Made by a program: the position numbers and the translations under genes. Positions 1-12,269 of a stretch of 64,000 nucleotides of DNA are shown here, in pieces. The stretch is from Blasia pusilla (lineage: Eukaryota). The stretch spans positions 9,424,001-9,488,000 of the forward strand of contig CM114271.1 of assembly GCA_050084515.1 (NCBI GenBank), in the 5' to 3' direction. Under the pieces are notes generated by a model. The model saw only the letters and a program-made list of their open reading frames with translations. It had not been told where the DNA came from and did not search any database. Numbering within the stretch: the stretch's first letter is position 1; each line of letters starts with the position of its first letter.

Positions 1-1132
1 TAGAAGAGAGTATTTAGTGGTCCACATTTGGCCCTAAAAAAATCTCCTCTTTCCTGGGGGCGAGAAAAAAGGAGACATCATAAGACCACTACAAACATTT
101 TTCCATCACTCTCCATGTGAGCCTAAGTTTCTTAACATTCCCTGTCTCAGTCAACAAAAAGCAGTGCCCTTGGTATTTTTGTTGGAGGACCACCCGGATG
201 CCAACCTCTCTTTTGCAGGATTGTTGCTCGCATCATGGCCTCCCTAAATTTCCCCATAACGAACTTTTGTTGGTTGTGAATGGTGTCTGCTCAAGACCAA
301 CTTTGTGAAATGTGAACACATCGAGATCCTAAGGTGAGAAACCGAGAAGTCTGCACCCTCCCAACCCGTAAGAAAGCTCACCATAAGAAAGGAAAGATTT
401 TTAGAAGTGATTTTCTTCCACCCTGCACCCACGACGATCTAACAAGTTGGGAATCCAAAATGGCAATCCGACAAGTAGTAGGAATCCTGCACATCTTAGA
501 CAAGAAAAGAAGCCTACAACTGGTTTGACGAATGTAGGGGAACAAGCCAAAAGTTAAGAAGCCCGCCACAATGCGTCAGAAGTTGGTCTCACACGGAAAG
601 AGTCCGATCACCCAAGCAGTCAACCTGTCAAAATCCGACAGCTTGCCTGGAAATGGTTAAATAGTTGCAGTGGGCAAAAAGCAAAAAGTTGCAACCCATC
701 GGAATCATACGGGTTGCAGAATTGTAATTCTGAGTAGCTAAAAGAACACAATCCACAAGTCCAAAAAAATATTCTAGAAAACTTTTACAAACACCATTAT
801 GGGTTGAAAAAATCTCGTCCGTTTGTTACCTCCGAAGGAACCTCGGAAATGTACATTTCCTCGGCTTGAGAACATTTTCAATTACTAACTTTGGATCAAC
901 CTGTCCGAGTCCGATGGGTTGTTTTGTCCCAGACCAACCCATCGCCTTACGACGGGTTGGTCAACCCTAAACGGGTTGATGGCCTAGAGCAGCCCATGCT
1001 CGCCTGAGAGCAACCCGTCGCTATCAGACGGGTTGCAGCTTTCCGAAAACACAGGGAAAAACCAAAAGCAACTGCAACCCGTCACGTTGCAGGTACACCA
1101 CGGTTTTCCCTGTGTATGTGGGAAAGATGCAA

Positions 1133-4100
1133 TGTAGTACCCTTCAAAAGGGCTAGATCAAGAGGCCCTTCTGGCTCTCGTCCATTTGCCAAGAGAAACG
1201 GAGATTCTCCAGTTGCAGAATGCTTGGTCGAGTTGTATCAGTATTCCGCCATGCTCAGCCACCTGACCCAATCGCGTTGATCAACACTCATAATTCCTCA
1301 ACTACTGATTCACGATAGAGTTTACCTTTTCAGTGTGTCCATTAAATGCGTGGGTGGAAAGCCGATCAAACTCAGCTTGGTCTTAAACCTTCGAACAAGT
1401 GCTTCGAAAGCATCGGTAAACTTTGATCCCGATCTGAAACAATGCTCCTCGGCAAACCATGAGCACGCCACCAGCTATCAAGGAATAGTTGCGTTGCGTC
1501 GATATGCCGCGGAATCCACCGTCGGCACGAATCTCGCCAACTTGCTAAACCGATCAACAATCACAAGTATAGCGTTGTATCCCCCAGATTCGGAAGACTC
1601 GTGATGAAATCCATACTCACACTTTGCAAGGGTCCTTCGGGATCGGCAAGGGATGCAAACAAGCCCATTTCTTATCATAAGAGACTCTATTCGCTAGCGG
1701 TGTCACACAGTCTTCACATATTGAGCAACATCCTTCTTCATGTTGGGCCAAAAGAACCGCCGACTGTAATCGCTAGCGTAGATTTCTCTCCTTTATGTCC
1801 GCCAAGGGCCTGTCGTGACATTCCGCTAACACCTTGGTTCGCATCCTGCCTTGCCCTACAAAGATCCTACTCTGTTTGAACCTTAGTAAACCGTGCCTCA
1901 AGCTTATGTTGGCCACCTTCTCACCCTGCTTCAACTTCCTCAGGTATTCCCCTGCTTGAGCATCCTTCATATATCCTTGACAAATCCTTCTCTCCAGATC
2001 TGTTTCCTTAGGGAACATTGCTCTCAAGACTGCGGTCGCCGATGGCATGTGTTCCTCCTTGCGACTTAACGCATCTGGAATCACATTATCTTTACCTGGC
2101 TTGTGGATCAACTCTACATCCATCAGCGCCAAGGTATCATGCCATCGCAGTTGTTTCGGCGTCACTCGATCCTGGGTCTCAAAATACTTGAGTGATATAT
2201 TATCGGTGAATACTCGAGTCCTGTGGAGCCCTAGATAATGCCGCCACTTCCTCAAGCAATGTACCACCGCAAACAACTCTTTCTCGTGAGTAGGCCATCT
2301 CCTTTCAGTGTCGCTAAGCTTCTTGCTCTCATATGCTACCGGTCTCCCTTCTTGCACCAACATTCCTGCAACCGCGAAATCACTAGCATCGGTATGCACT
2401 TCGAACGGTTTGTCAAACTCCGGCAGCTTTAACATTGGTTCCTACGATAGAATCTGCTTCACTCGGTTGAATGCCTCATTAACTTCCTGGGTCCAAGTCG
2501 TGTTGGCAAACTTTGCCGTCCAATCCGTGAGAGGTCTCACAATTTCCGAAAAGTTTTTCACATAAGTACGATAAAATTGCACCGCACCTATGAACCTCCT
2601 TATCCCCTTTACAGTGGATGGGGGTTCCCACTCGAAAATCGCCTTTACCTTTTCCATGTTTGGACTGACGCCATCTGCACTGACCACGTGACCCAAGAAT
2701 TTGATCTTACTCAAACCAAATTCGCTCTTCTCTACATTGGCATACAGCTGATTTGCCCTTAGCTTAGACAAGACCGCTCTCACATGTCGAACGTGCTCCT
2801 CTAGTGACTTCGAATAGATAAGTATGTCATCGATATAGATGATAACATACTCATCCATTTCCTTGTGAAAAATGGAGTTCATCAATGTGGTGAACGTTGG
2901 AGGCACGTTACATAGACCGAAAGGCATCACTACAAACTCAAAGGAACCGTATCTCGTCCTGCACGCAGTCTTCTCCACATCGCCTCGGCAATCCGAATCA
3001 AGTAATATCCTGACTTCAAGTCAATCCTACTGAAATATCTCGCGCGTGCCAGCCTATCAAAGAGATCATCTATCTTAGGAAGAGGATAATTGTTCAGAAC
3101 CGTCACTTTGTTCAGTGCACGGTAATCAACACACAGCCTTATCTTTCCATCCTTCTTCTTTACGAAGAGAACAGGTGCTCCATAAGGTGACTTGCTAGTC
3201 CTAATGTAACCCTTTTCCAATAGCTCACTTAACTGCTTTTTCAACCTAAGAAGTTCCTCCTGATTCAACCTATATGGTGCTTTGGAAGGCGGTTGGTAAC
3301 CGGATATGATCTCTATCTTATGATCTACGGCTCTTTGCGGCGGCAATTCAGTCGGAAGCTCATTTGTCAAGACATCCTCAAACTCCTTGACCACTTCCTG
3401 GAATGGTTCAAGGACTCCCCTTGAAGCAGTGTCCTGATCTCTGCGTATACTGCTTGTAGCCTCCTCCAATTGTCTCATCAAGCAGAGAAATCCATCCTCC
3501 AACTCAGTCATGCTCCTCCTTGTGATCGAGTTCACCAACTCCATTTTCGCTGGAACCTCACGGACCAACCGCACCTGTAACCGTTTGCCTTTTAGCAAGA
3601 CGCTCAACCTCAATGGTTGGCGTCTTAACTCCACCTCATACGCATCTAGGAATGTATTCCCCAAAACTCTGTCAATGCCGTCCATTTCGCATACAATGAA
3701 ATTCTCCTTCAACTCGAATACCCCGCATCCTACTATCAAATCCAAGACCAAATCAGAAGTCCGATGAGACTTGCCTCCTGCAAATCCCACGCGAATGGGC
3801 TCGTCCGCCTTAGAGGTAGACAGCCCCAGTTCCTTCACGATTCTCGGGCTTAGGAAGGAGTGCGAAGCACCTGTATCCACGAGCAACAACAGGTCGCGAT
3901 CAGCAATCTTGGATCTTAGGTACACCAAATTGTGCGTCCTCTTGGTGACTTGAAGGGACGTCTCGAGATCGTCCGCCAACAGATGCTTAGCAACAAACGC
4001 AATCATACTCCCATTACTAACCTTTGGTTTCGAACACCCTTTTGACAGATGCCCCGGTTCACCACAGTTGTAGCATACGACCTTGCCGTTCCCTGACTTT

Positions 4101-5068
4101 GAGTGTTGTCCTCCTTTCGGTTTCGCATGAAGTTCCATTCGTTTTGATGCCAGGGCAGACGACCCTCCTCGTTCGTGCTGGCCCCCACTCCAGCCTCTTT
4201 TGAACGCCTCCTTATTTTTCGACTTCTTCGAAAAAACTTTTGGCTCGAAGGGTTTATGGGTTTGGACCTCATCGTCCCCAATCCGCTCCGCTAGCTTCAG
4301 AAGGTCCGCGCACGTTTCTGGAAACATCGGCATTTGGTATAGGGCCTTTTCAGCGCTCGGCTTGAGTCCACTAATGAAGATAGACTTCTTCGCGTGTTCA
4401 TCCATCTTTGGACTAGAAGTCAGCTTCGCACTAAACTCCCTCACATAGGCGCTTAAGGAACCACTCTGCCGCATCCGCACGCATTCCACCGTGTCACGCA
4501 ACCCTTGGTACTCTGGAGTGAACCGATCCCCAATCAACTCCTTGAACTCCTCCCAACTCAGAGGTGACTCGCCGCCCAGATATTCCTCTTGTTGAGCTGT
4601 CCACCATTGTAGAGCATGATCCTTCAGGAAAGTAACGGCTACCGTCATCTTCTCCTACTCAGCAGCCCTCTGCGCCTCAAGTCTGATTCGATTAAGGAAA
4701 TCCTTCACTTTCCGCGAGCGCCCCACTCCCGTGAATGGCGTGGGCAGGTTCGTCTTGCAGAGCTTTTTGCCCGCACTGGGGTTTCGAGTGGCCTCTAACT
4801 CTGCAATCCGCTTGCTTTGCTGGGACATCTGCTCCACCAACACCTTCAACAAGTCCAACGTCTGGCTCGACTCCGACCTTTCCCTTGAGTTTGGGCCCAC
4901 TGGCCCCGCGGAAGGAGTCGCCTCTGGAACGTCCTCATGACTGGCGTTCAGCTCTTCGGGAGTCTCCGTCTCCTCCATAGCTTCACAGTCCGGCATTGGT
5001 TCCTCTCTTGGTTCCCGTCGCTTGATTCGGCGCTTCTTGGGCTGTTCTCCCTCGATCGCCATTTCCAA
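1133..5068 (-). pseudogene. Gypsy gag-pol polyprotein with stops and frameshifts
   Basis: Gag (ALQWW), Zn knuckle [14 protein letters not shown], protease [21 protein letters not shown] (2442-2978), RNase H HTDASDFAV (1773-2435), integrase IVDRFSK and IVSDRD. In-frame TAG at 4655-4657. Confidence 0.93.
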
Positions 5069-5197
5069 GCCAACTCACTCAGATCTCCTCCTCGTTTCTT
5101 GCGTCCCTCCTCCAGCGTTCAAGACTAGCCGCTACCTTGAAATTTCCCAAGCGTCCGGCTGATCCCACGACCCCAAGTTCTTGCTCACCAAGGATTA

Positions 5198-5209
5198 GCT
5201 CTAATACCA
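5198..5209 (-). promoter_or_regulatory. Primer-binding site (initiator Met tRNA)
   Basis: TGGTATTAGAGC on the minus strand, 2 nt from the LTR end. Confidence 0.85.
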
Positions 5210-5211
5210 CT

Positions 5212-6214
5212 TGTCGCGCCCCTACTCTCCTTGAACGTCAATCTTTAGTGTTGCGGAAGCGTGCGTTTAGTAGGTCACGAACTCATCGCCGATCTGCACC
5301 CAAACACGCACTCTCGTTAGTCGGGTTTGGCCAACCGGCGTTCCAACCCACCGAGTCCTCAACTCGGCGTCTCGTCAAGCTCAACCTTCCTTAGTTCCTA
5401 GCTTCCAACACATGGCAAGTCCTTCAAGACTTGGAACAGACTTTCTAGTTAGTCCAAGGATCTGAAACGGCACTTGCGTGCCTAGCGATCCCAACTGTTC
5501 AACGGTCCTCGGGTGAGTTCCAAACCAAGACCCAAGTAATTGAGTCGTGGGGTGGAATCCTAGAGGGATGTCTAAAATCGCCTCACTGAACTTGGTGCAG
5601 GTTTTCCAACCCAACCCCCAAACTCGCGTTCCGTTCCATGCCCTTGAGCCGCCCCACGGCGCCCAAAGTGGGGTTTTGGGTTCCAAGCACTCTCGGAGAC
5701 CTTCCCCCTTACTAGTACTTCTGGGGTTCTCCAATAACTCCTTCCCTTTGGGAAAAGAGGGTCGGGCCCTTCATTGTGGCCCTCAACCCGACTCCACTTA
5801 CAATCGTTTTTGGGTCGTATCTCGGCCCTTGCTTATGCGTTTGCAGCGATCTTTGGTGCGTTTGGACTGACTCTCCATAAACTTTCCAAAGCACCCTTAT
5901 TTGCTCCAAATGCATCTTGGCGCTAAAAGTTATGGCCATAAATACAGTCGGAAACTCTCAAACGCTAGTGGCGTTCCAAATCCGGATCTTCCCTTTGGCA
6001 ACCCACTTCCTAGACTTGACTTCTTTCAAGTCTCATTCCGTGTTTGGTCCAGGTTTCTCAATCGCGACCATAACACCTGAAACGCGACTCCTCGTTCGCG
6101 TCTCGTCTCTTGTCTCCTCTTTGAGACAACTCCAACGCGCAAACCATCTTAGCGTGAGCCCGCTAATGTTCCGATGTTCTGCTTGGCACTTGTTTGGTCA
6201 TGAGGGTCGCGACA
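5212..6214 (-). repeat. 5' LTR of Gypsy 1 (~1.0 kb)
   Basis: Inverted ends TGTCGCG...CGCGACA; near-identical to the solo LTR at 31482-32483. Confidence 0.92.
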
Positions 6215-6244
6215 GCTTTGGCCCAAAAACTTATTAAATCTGTG

Positions 6245-6410
6245 GTCAATCGAACATCTCGTCGGAGTCCGACGAGTTGCATTCTTAAAAAAACATCTGA
6301 AAAAGCGTCGAGTCGAGCAACCCGTCGGAGTCCGACGAGTTGCTTTTGGCAAAAAAAACCTAACCCATTCATCAATCGAGCAACTCGTCGGAGTCCGACG
6401 AGTTGCGAAA
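6245..6410. repeat. Palindrome array in the remnant of ParB-MTase intron 2 (copy A)
   Basis: Three copies of (GCAAC)YCGTCGGAGTCCGACGAGTTGC, homologous to the reverse complement of 25540-25980; exon 2 donor junction near 6460. Confidence 0.8.
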
Positions 6411-6470
6411 GTGTAAAAGCATCCCAACAACCGTCCCGACCCAGCAAGAAGATACTCACGTGTTCATGCC

Positions 6471-9149
6471 ATGCCTACAGCTGAGGAGATCTTTGATGTG
6501 GTGGGACAGGCAAAGATTTTCAGTACTTTGGATCTTTGAACAGGATACCATCAATTGCCGATTCGGGAGAGTGACAAGGCCAAGACAACATTTTGGGGTG
6601 TCAACTCTCATGGCAAGGATTGTTTGTACCAGTGGAAATTCTTACCCTTTGGGTTGAAGAATGCACCTGCCGAGTTTCAGAGAGTGATGGACAGGATCCT
6701 AGCAGGGTTGGATTTTTTTCGGTGTTACATTGATGATATCTTGGTGTTCATTAACACGGTGGAGGAGCATCAGATACATTTGCAGATGGTGTTTGAGCGG
6801 TTGAAAGCTCATGGTCTATGTTTGCATCCAGGAAAGTGTAAGTTCTTCCATGAGGACGTTGAGTACTTGGGTCATGTGATCTATCCAAGTGGTTTGGGAG
6901 TTCAGCAAGCAAAGGTGGAGGCTATTGCACTTATTCCGCGTCCGGTAGATGTGAGTAGAGTTCGGGCATTCATGGGATTGGCGGACTACTATCAGAGGTA
7001 TGTGAAGGGATTTAGTGCTATGGCAAAGCCTTTGAACCAATTGCTGAAATCAGATCAAGAGTGGCACTGGGGAAATGATCAGGAGAGAGCTTTTGTGGAG
7101 CTTAAGGCCCAGTTGGTGGCGGCGCCTATCTTGAGGAGACCTATCGAGGGCGCCCATTTCAGTTTACACCGATTGGAGTAGGTTGGGACTTGGAGCGGTG
7201 TTGACACAACATGATGATGAGCACATGGAGTTTGTGGTGGCCTATGCAAGTCGTTCGAATAATGCAATGAGAGCGCTATAGTTCATATGAGGAGAGTGCT
7301 TGGCAAGAGTGTGGGTTGTGGCACACTTTAGGTGTTACTTGTTTGGCACACTGATTTACCCTTGTTATGATCACCGGCCGCTCAAGTGGTTGATGGAGTC
7401 GACAAGCTTACGGGGAAGCTTACACGGTGGGCTCTTATCTTACAGAGTATGACTTCCGGGTGGTACATAGACTGGAGTTGCCAACCTTGATGTTGATGGG
7501 TTGAGTAGGAACCCATGTACTAGTCAAGAGGATACAACTGGGGCTAGATGGCATGGCGAGGTTGATGAGGAGATGGTGCCAGGTTGGCATGCATCCGTCT
7601 TTTTATGTTGGTTAGGGGTGGACTCCAGTATGGAAGACCACATGATATCTTACTCTAGTCAGAGGGTAGATGGCCACACTTCAGATCCTAAGGTTTGAGA
7701 TGGTGTTACGGATCAGCGTGATATTCATGATGATGCGTTGGTGTTGGAGTTCCTACGGACCAGTAGGGTGCCAGGCATAATGAGTGCCAAGGAGCGGGAC
7801 CGTGTTCTTCAACGTGCTAAGAGGTATCGATTGGAGGGAACACATATTTTCCGTGTGTGGGAGGATGGTAGAGTACAAGTAATTCCGCATTTGGCTCAGA
7901 GAGAGCGCATTGTGCGACATGCCCATGAGGAGTTGGGACATTTTGGGGTAAAGCGTACGTATAGCTTACTCCTTGGTCAGTATTGGTGGCGTGGCATGCA
8001 TACTCAAGTACAGCAGTTGGTGTCATGTTGTATGGTTTGTGATTGGGTGAGGGCATCATTCAATGCCCCTACACCACAATTACACCCCTTGCCTATTATG
8101 GGGTTGGGTTACCGTTGGAGTGTTGGCTTTGCGGGACCGTTACCGTTGACTGTACGACATCATCGATATGTGTTGGTGATGGTGGAGCACTTCTCCAAGT
8201 GGATTGAGTTGGTGGCATTACCGGAAAAGGCAAGTGAGGGAACGGCGTATGCGTTTCTTGATAGAGTGCTTAGTCATTTTGGTGCACCGGTGAAGTCTTT
8301 GAGCGACCAGTCTGAGTTTTAGGGTGAGTTTCAGGTCTTGTGTGATAAGGCGTTGATTGATCATTGGACCACGTCTCGAGATCATCCAGAGGTGGATGGT
8401 TTGGCTGAGCGTGTGGTTCAGACGGTGAAAAGGGCATTGCGCAAGTTTGGCCTACAGAAGGGGCATCTTGGAGACTAGGATATTCAGTTGCCATGGTTTA
8501 TAGGTTCAGTCGCCAAGCATCCTTGGCTTCCTTCTCACCTTATTTTCTATTATACGGCTGAGACCCAGACTTGCCAGCACCAATTTGTTGGGAGTCTAGT
8601 GAGGTGGTGAACCTTGATGACCCAGAGATGTGGATGAGAGTGTGTTCTCAGCAGGCAGAGCTTTTTCAGAGAGTTATGCCAACAGCCTTTGAGAATCTTG
8701 CGATTGCTCAATACAGGGATACGTTGCGGTACGCAACCATTCGAGATGGAGGTTATCGACCATCGATTCGTAGGTTCCATGTGAGGGACTATGTCTATTT
8801 GCAGCAGATTGCACCGACAATGTTGGATGTGACGGCAAGCCGCACTATTTTACGAGTGCGCGAGGTGTTAGCTTCTGGAGTTCTCATGTTGGAGGGTCGT
8901 GATGGAGTTGTTTGGAAGGACCATGTGCGTAATTGTGCGCCATGTCATCTTCCAAATGTGGATGGTACTGTTGACCCAAGCTTAGCCATGATACGTGCTA
9001 GCTTGAGGTGCATGTTGTGTGGATCTGCTGGTAACGCAGCCCGTATGTTGGTGTGTGATCGGTGTTCTAGGGGTTGGCACATGATGTGTTTGACTCCACG
9101 TATGGATGTTGTTCCTACAGGATGGTGGGTTTTTCCTCGATGTACTTAG
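6471..9149 (+). pseudogene. Gypsy pol (RT-RH-INT-PHD), disrupted
   Basis: RT LPFGLKNAPAEFQR and YIDDILVF; integrase Zn finger AHEELGHFG...CMVC; core MVEHFSKW; C-terminal CMLC...LVCDRCSRGWHMMCL...WWVFPRC. Confidence 0.9.
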
Positions 9150-9430
9150 GAGGGGTAGATGACTTGATCTTTGCATGATATGGATTACAGATGTGCGACT
9201 AACGATGGGGCAACCTAGCACCTGGCCTTCTGATTCATGCACCCAAGAAGGTGTATAGCATGTAGTAGATGTATAGGGCTATCTGGGAGTTAGAGGGACC
9301 TAACCGCTTGTTAGGGGGACGAGTTATGATACACTTGTGTTTGTGGATGCTCTCGTCTATGTTATGTATGTATGTGAGTATGGTATGTCAGTAATGTATG
9401 TTGTATGACGATATGGATTCGCACGACAGC

Positions 9431-9891
9431 TGTCATGACCATACGGATTATGTCGTAGAGTATAGTGTGCTAGTAGAGGCCATACCTTATGTAGGGCCGC
9501 AGTGTTTAGGTAGAGATGCGATTTCATACATAGGGTTGGGGGTTACTTAGTTGAGGGTGACTTTTCCAGTAGGGCCCGCTCTTAGGTTGGAGGATATAAG
9601 GTGGAGTGCACTCAAAGAACAGTCAATTCTTTGAGTTGAGCGTGTTGCGTTGGGAGTTAGCCTTGGTAGTGAGTAGAGCTCTTGGCTATGGTGTTTCCCG
9701 CAAGCTTCGACCTAGATTCTCCCATCGTGGAGTGGGTTTGGCTCGATTGTATGTGATTCTATACTTGTTTTATGACAGTAGGTCAGTTGTGATACACTTG
9801 TGTTTGTGGATGCTCTCGTCTATGTTATGTATGTATGTGAGTATGGTATGTCAGTGATGTATGTTGTATGACAATGTGGATTTGCACGACA
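9431..9891 (+). repeat. Probable 3' LTR of Gypsy 2 (~460 bp), preceded by a duplicate of its last ~105 bp (9322-9428)
   Basis: TGTCATGA...GCACGACA; MTase exon sequence resumes at 9892. Confidence 0.65.
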
Positions 9892-10870
9892 TCTCTCATC
9901 CTCCAAAATATGTCGAGCGCCTCCAAGTCCTCCTCCGTAACTAGCGCTTGGGTTCCATGTTCATCGTAAGGCTGAACATAGAACGGAGGGAAGCTGTCGA
10001 CGTAGGATGCTGTCGTTGCCGATTGTCTCAGCTTTGCAATATCCTCGTCAGACTGAATTTTGCGGACGTACTCCATTGTCTGCAATCGGCAAAGTGGAAT
10101 TCTCGGGGCGTTTTGGCCCTCCATCAGTGCCATCTGCTTTACCACCTATCACAACGGGGATAAGGTCAATAAAGTACACTGAATTGCCATTTGAATTGCA
10201 AGATGGGCCTTCACATAACTCAAAGAACAAAGATCGTATCTTACCTGCTCGAAGATTGGGTCGGTGTCTTGGCCCGCCAACTGCTATGGGACAGCAGCAG
10301 GCAAGTCCACTGGAAACTCGTCGATCTGATAGAGGTCGATTTCTTCCGCCGGGCTAGTAGACGAGGAAGACCGCTCTCCTGCTTCTTCAGCGATGTCCAC
10401 CATCTCCATGCTGGTGGTCCTCATGACCTCATTGTCCGTCACTTGAACTTCGGCCGTTTCTGCTATATTGATTGTGTCCCAGACTTCATCGGGGACATTT
10501 CCTGCATCTCAACACTTTCGGTTGGACGGGTCGGGCTTTCTTCAATGGCAATCGCTTTTTCCCTTCGAGCTTTTGCCAATTTTTCTCTCCTCACCGACGC
10601 ATCCAGATGCTTCTTTTCAGGCTTTTCCTCGGCGATCCTTTTCTTCAAGGCCAGCGATGCCTCAGCCTCTACGTTCTGTTTTTCGAGCGCCTCCTCAATA
10701 CGTTTTGCAAGAAACTCCTGCCTGTGCATATCCGCTTCCCTTTCGCACTCCTCGATCTCTTGCTTCCTTATCTCATTGGCCGAACGAGGCCCTATAGATG
10801 GTGGCGTAGGAGTCCTGCACTTGGGAGTGAAGCTCCCAGCCTTGCTTGCCTGAGTGTTTTTCCTCGTCAT
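9892..10870 (-). pseudogene. ParB-MTase gene, exon 1 and part of exon 2 (copy A)
   Basis: MTRKNTQASKAGSFTPK... and VKQMALMEGQNAPRIPLCRL...DIFWRMRD; homologous to 24340-25316. Confidence 0.85.
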
Positions 10871-10918
10871 TGTTCCCAAAAATGCATCCTATGGACAAAG
10901 AAATTGCTTTCTGTGCAC

Positions 10919-11076
10919 GATGAGTGGCCTCGAGGAGTCGCCTTGATGAGTCGCCTCGAGGAGTCACCTTGATGAGTCGCCTTATTAATGTCGCGATGAG
11001 TCGCTCGAATCGTCTTGCGATCGTTCGCTTGAATTGTCTCATGATCGTTTGCTCGAATCGTCTCGCGATGAGTCGC
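10919..11076. repeat. Short tandem repeats (GATGAGTCGCCTY and CGCTCGAATCGTCTCGCG) in the putative 5' UTR of the ParB-MTase gene
   Basis: Visible tandem units; also at 24155-24305 and 38323-38392. Confidence 0.7.
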
Positions 11077-11164
11077 CGTGTAAAGCGTCCCTTGGTATCT
11101 GGTCAGTTGTTGCGCGAAAGAGCAATTGAGTTCGCGAAACAAAAAAACCAGAAATGAGCAAACT

Positions 11165-12080
11165 CTTGCCTATTTATACTTTTTGAGCCGTTGGAATGAC
11201 CGTCGGGTCGCATTGTCGTTCCGACGGCGATGTGTCGGCCGTTATGGAAGTCTGGATGTGAAAACCACCAACCTGACGGCTCTGACGGGTTGCACGCTTC
11301 CCGCGGGTTCCAGGCATCCGTCCATCCTTGAAACCTGTCGGAGACCGACAGGGTGCGCGCCTCTGCTATCCTCGGGCAACAACACAAGGTACCCGCGCAA
11401 CCCGTCGGAGACCGGGGCGTTGCACGGGTCTTGGGATAACAAGGCGGGGCACCCGCGCAACTCGTCGGAGGCCGACGGGTTGCACGCTTCCTTCATGTAA
11501 GCGTTACAAGGCAAGGCACTTGCGCAACCCGTATGAGGCCGATGGGTTGCGCGCCTCCGCCATCTTCAAGCAAGAAGGCGGGGCACCCGCACAACTCGTC
11601 AGAGGCCGACGAGTTGCACGCTTCCTTCATGTAAGCATTACAAGGTGAGGCACTTGCGCAACCCGTCCGAATCCGACGGGTTGCACGCTTCCCTTATCTT
11701 GGGGTAATAGGCGAGGTACCAGGGAAACCCGTCAATTAGCGACAGATTGCATGCTTTTCTATCACTCGGGTAACAATGCAACAACGCATACTTCCGAGGA
11801 AACCCTTAGCAATCTGACGGGTCACAAGATCTACCATGAGTTGGACAATCCCACAAAAGTCCCCAAAGATTGGTTGCCTTAGCAAATGCAAGCAACGTCT
11901 CGTGTTTGATGCTAGCAAAATCGACTCAAAAGACCATTGGTCGGCAAGAAGGGGGTAGCAACCCAACGGACTTCAACGGGTTCCAACTTACATTGGGACA
12001 TGGAAACAAAAATAGAATTGGGTGCTACGCAACCCGTCTCTGATTCCCAAATTCTGCAATCCATCGGACTTTGGCAGGTT
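11165..12080. promoter_or_regulatory. Divergent promoter region with a TATA box (minus strand, ~11170-11179) and a ~60-bp-period palindrome array
   Basis: AGTATAAATAGG is conserved in copies A, B and C (AAGTATTAAA in D); repeated GCAACCCGTCGG-AGG/AGA-CCGACGGGTTGC. Confidence 0.65.
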
Positions 12081-12269
12081 GCAACAGAATTGAATCCATC
12101 ATGTCAGACAATCTCACCTACCAAACTTCATCTTGTCACTCATATTGTGTCAGGAGAATCTGAGTCCCTATTCACTATAAATTGAACATTCTCATTCTCA
12201 TTCTCATTCCCATACCCATTCTTATCCTCGTTCTTATTCTCTGTCTCCTCCCGATGGAATCTTCTAGGA

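Larger units (their letters stand above)
1133..6214 (-). mobile_element. Ty3/Gypsy LTR retrotransposon (chromovirus-like pol), 3'-truncated within the integrase
   Basis: 5' LTR, Met-tRNA PBS and gag-PR-RT-RH-INT order on the minus strand. Confidence 0.93.
6471..9891 (+). mobile_element. 5'-truncated Ty3/Gypsy retrotransposon with a PHD finger at the integrase C-terminus
   Basis: RT, RNase H, integrase, PHD, purine tract near 9312 and a TGTC...GACA LTR. Confidence 0.88.

Noticed and set aside
5198-5209. tRNA gene
   Set aside because: Only a 12-nt primer-binding-site complement is present (also at 35309-35320); I saw no tRNA or rRNA genes in the window.
5137-6237. ORFs within LTRs (also 31473-32518, 17710-18118 and 46445-47062)
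   Set aside because: They lie inside LTRs defined by termini or target-site duplications and have no protein motifs.
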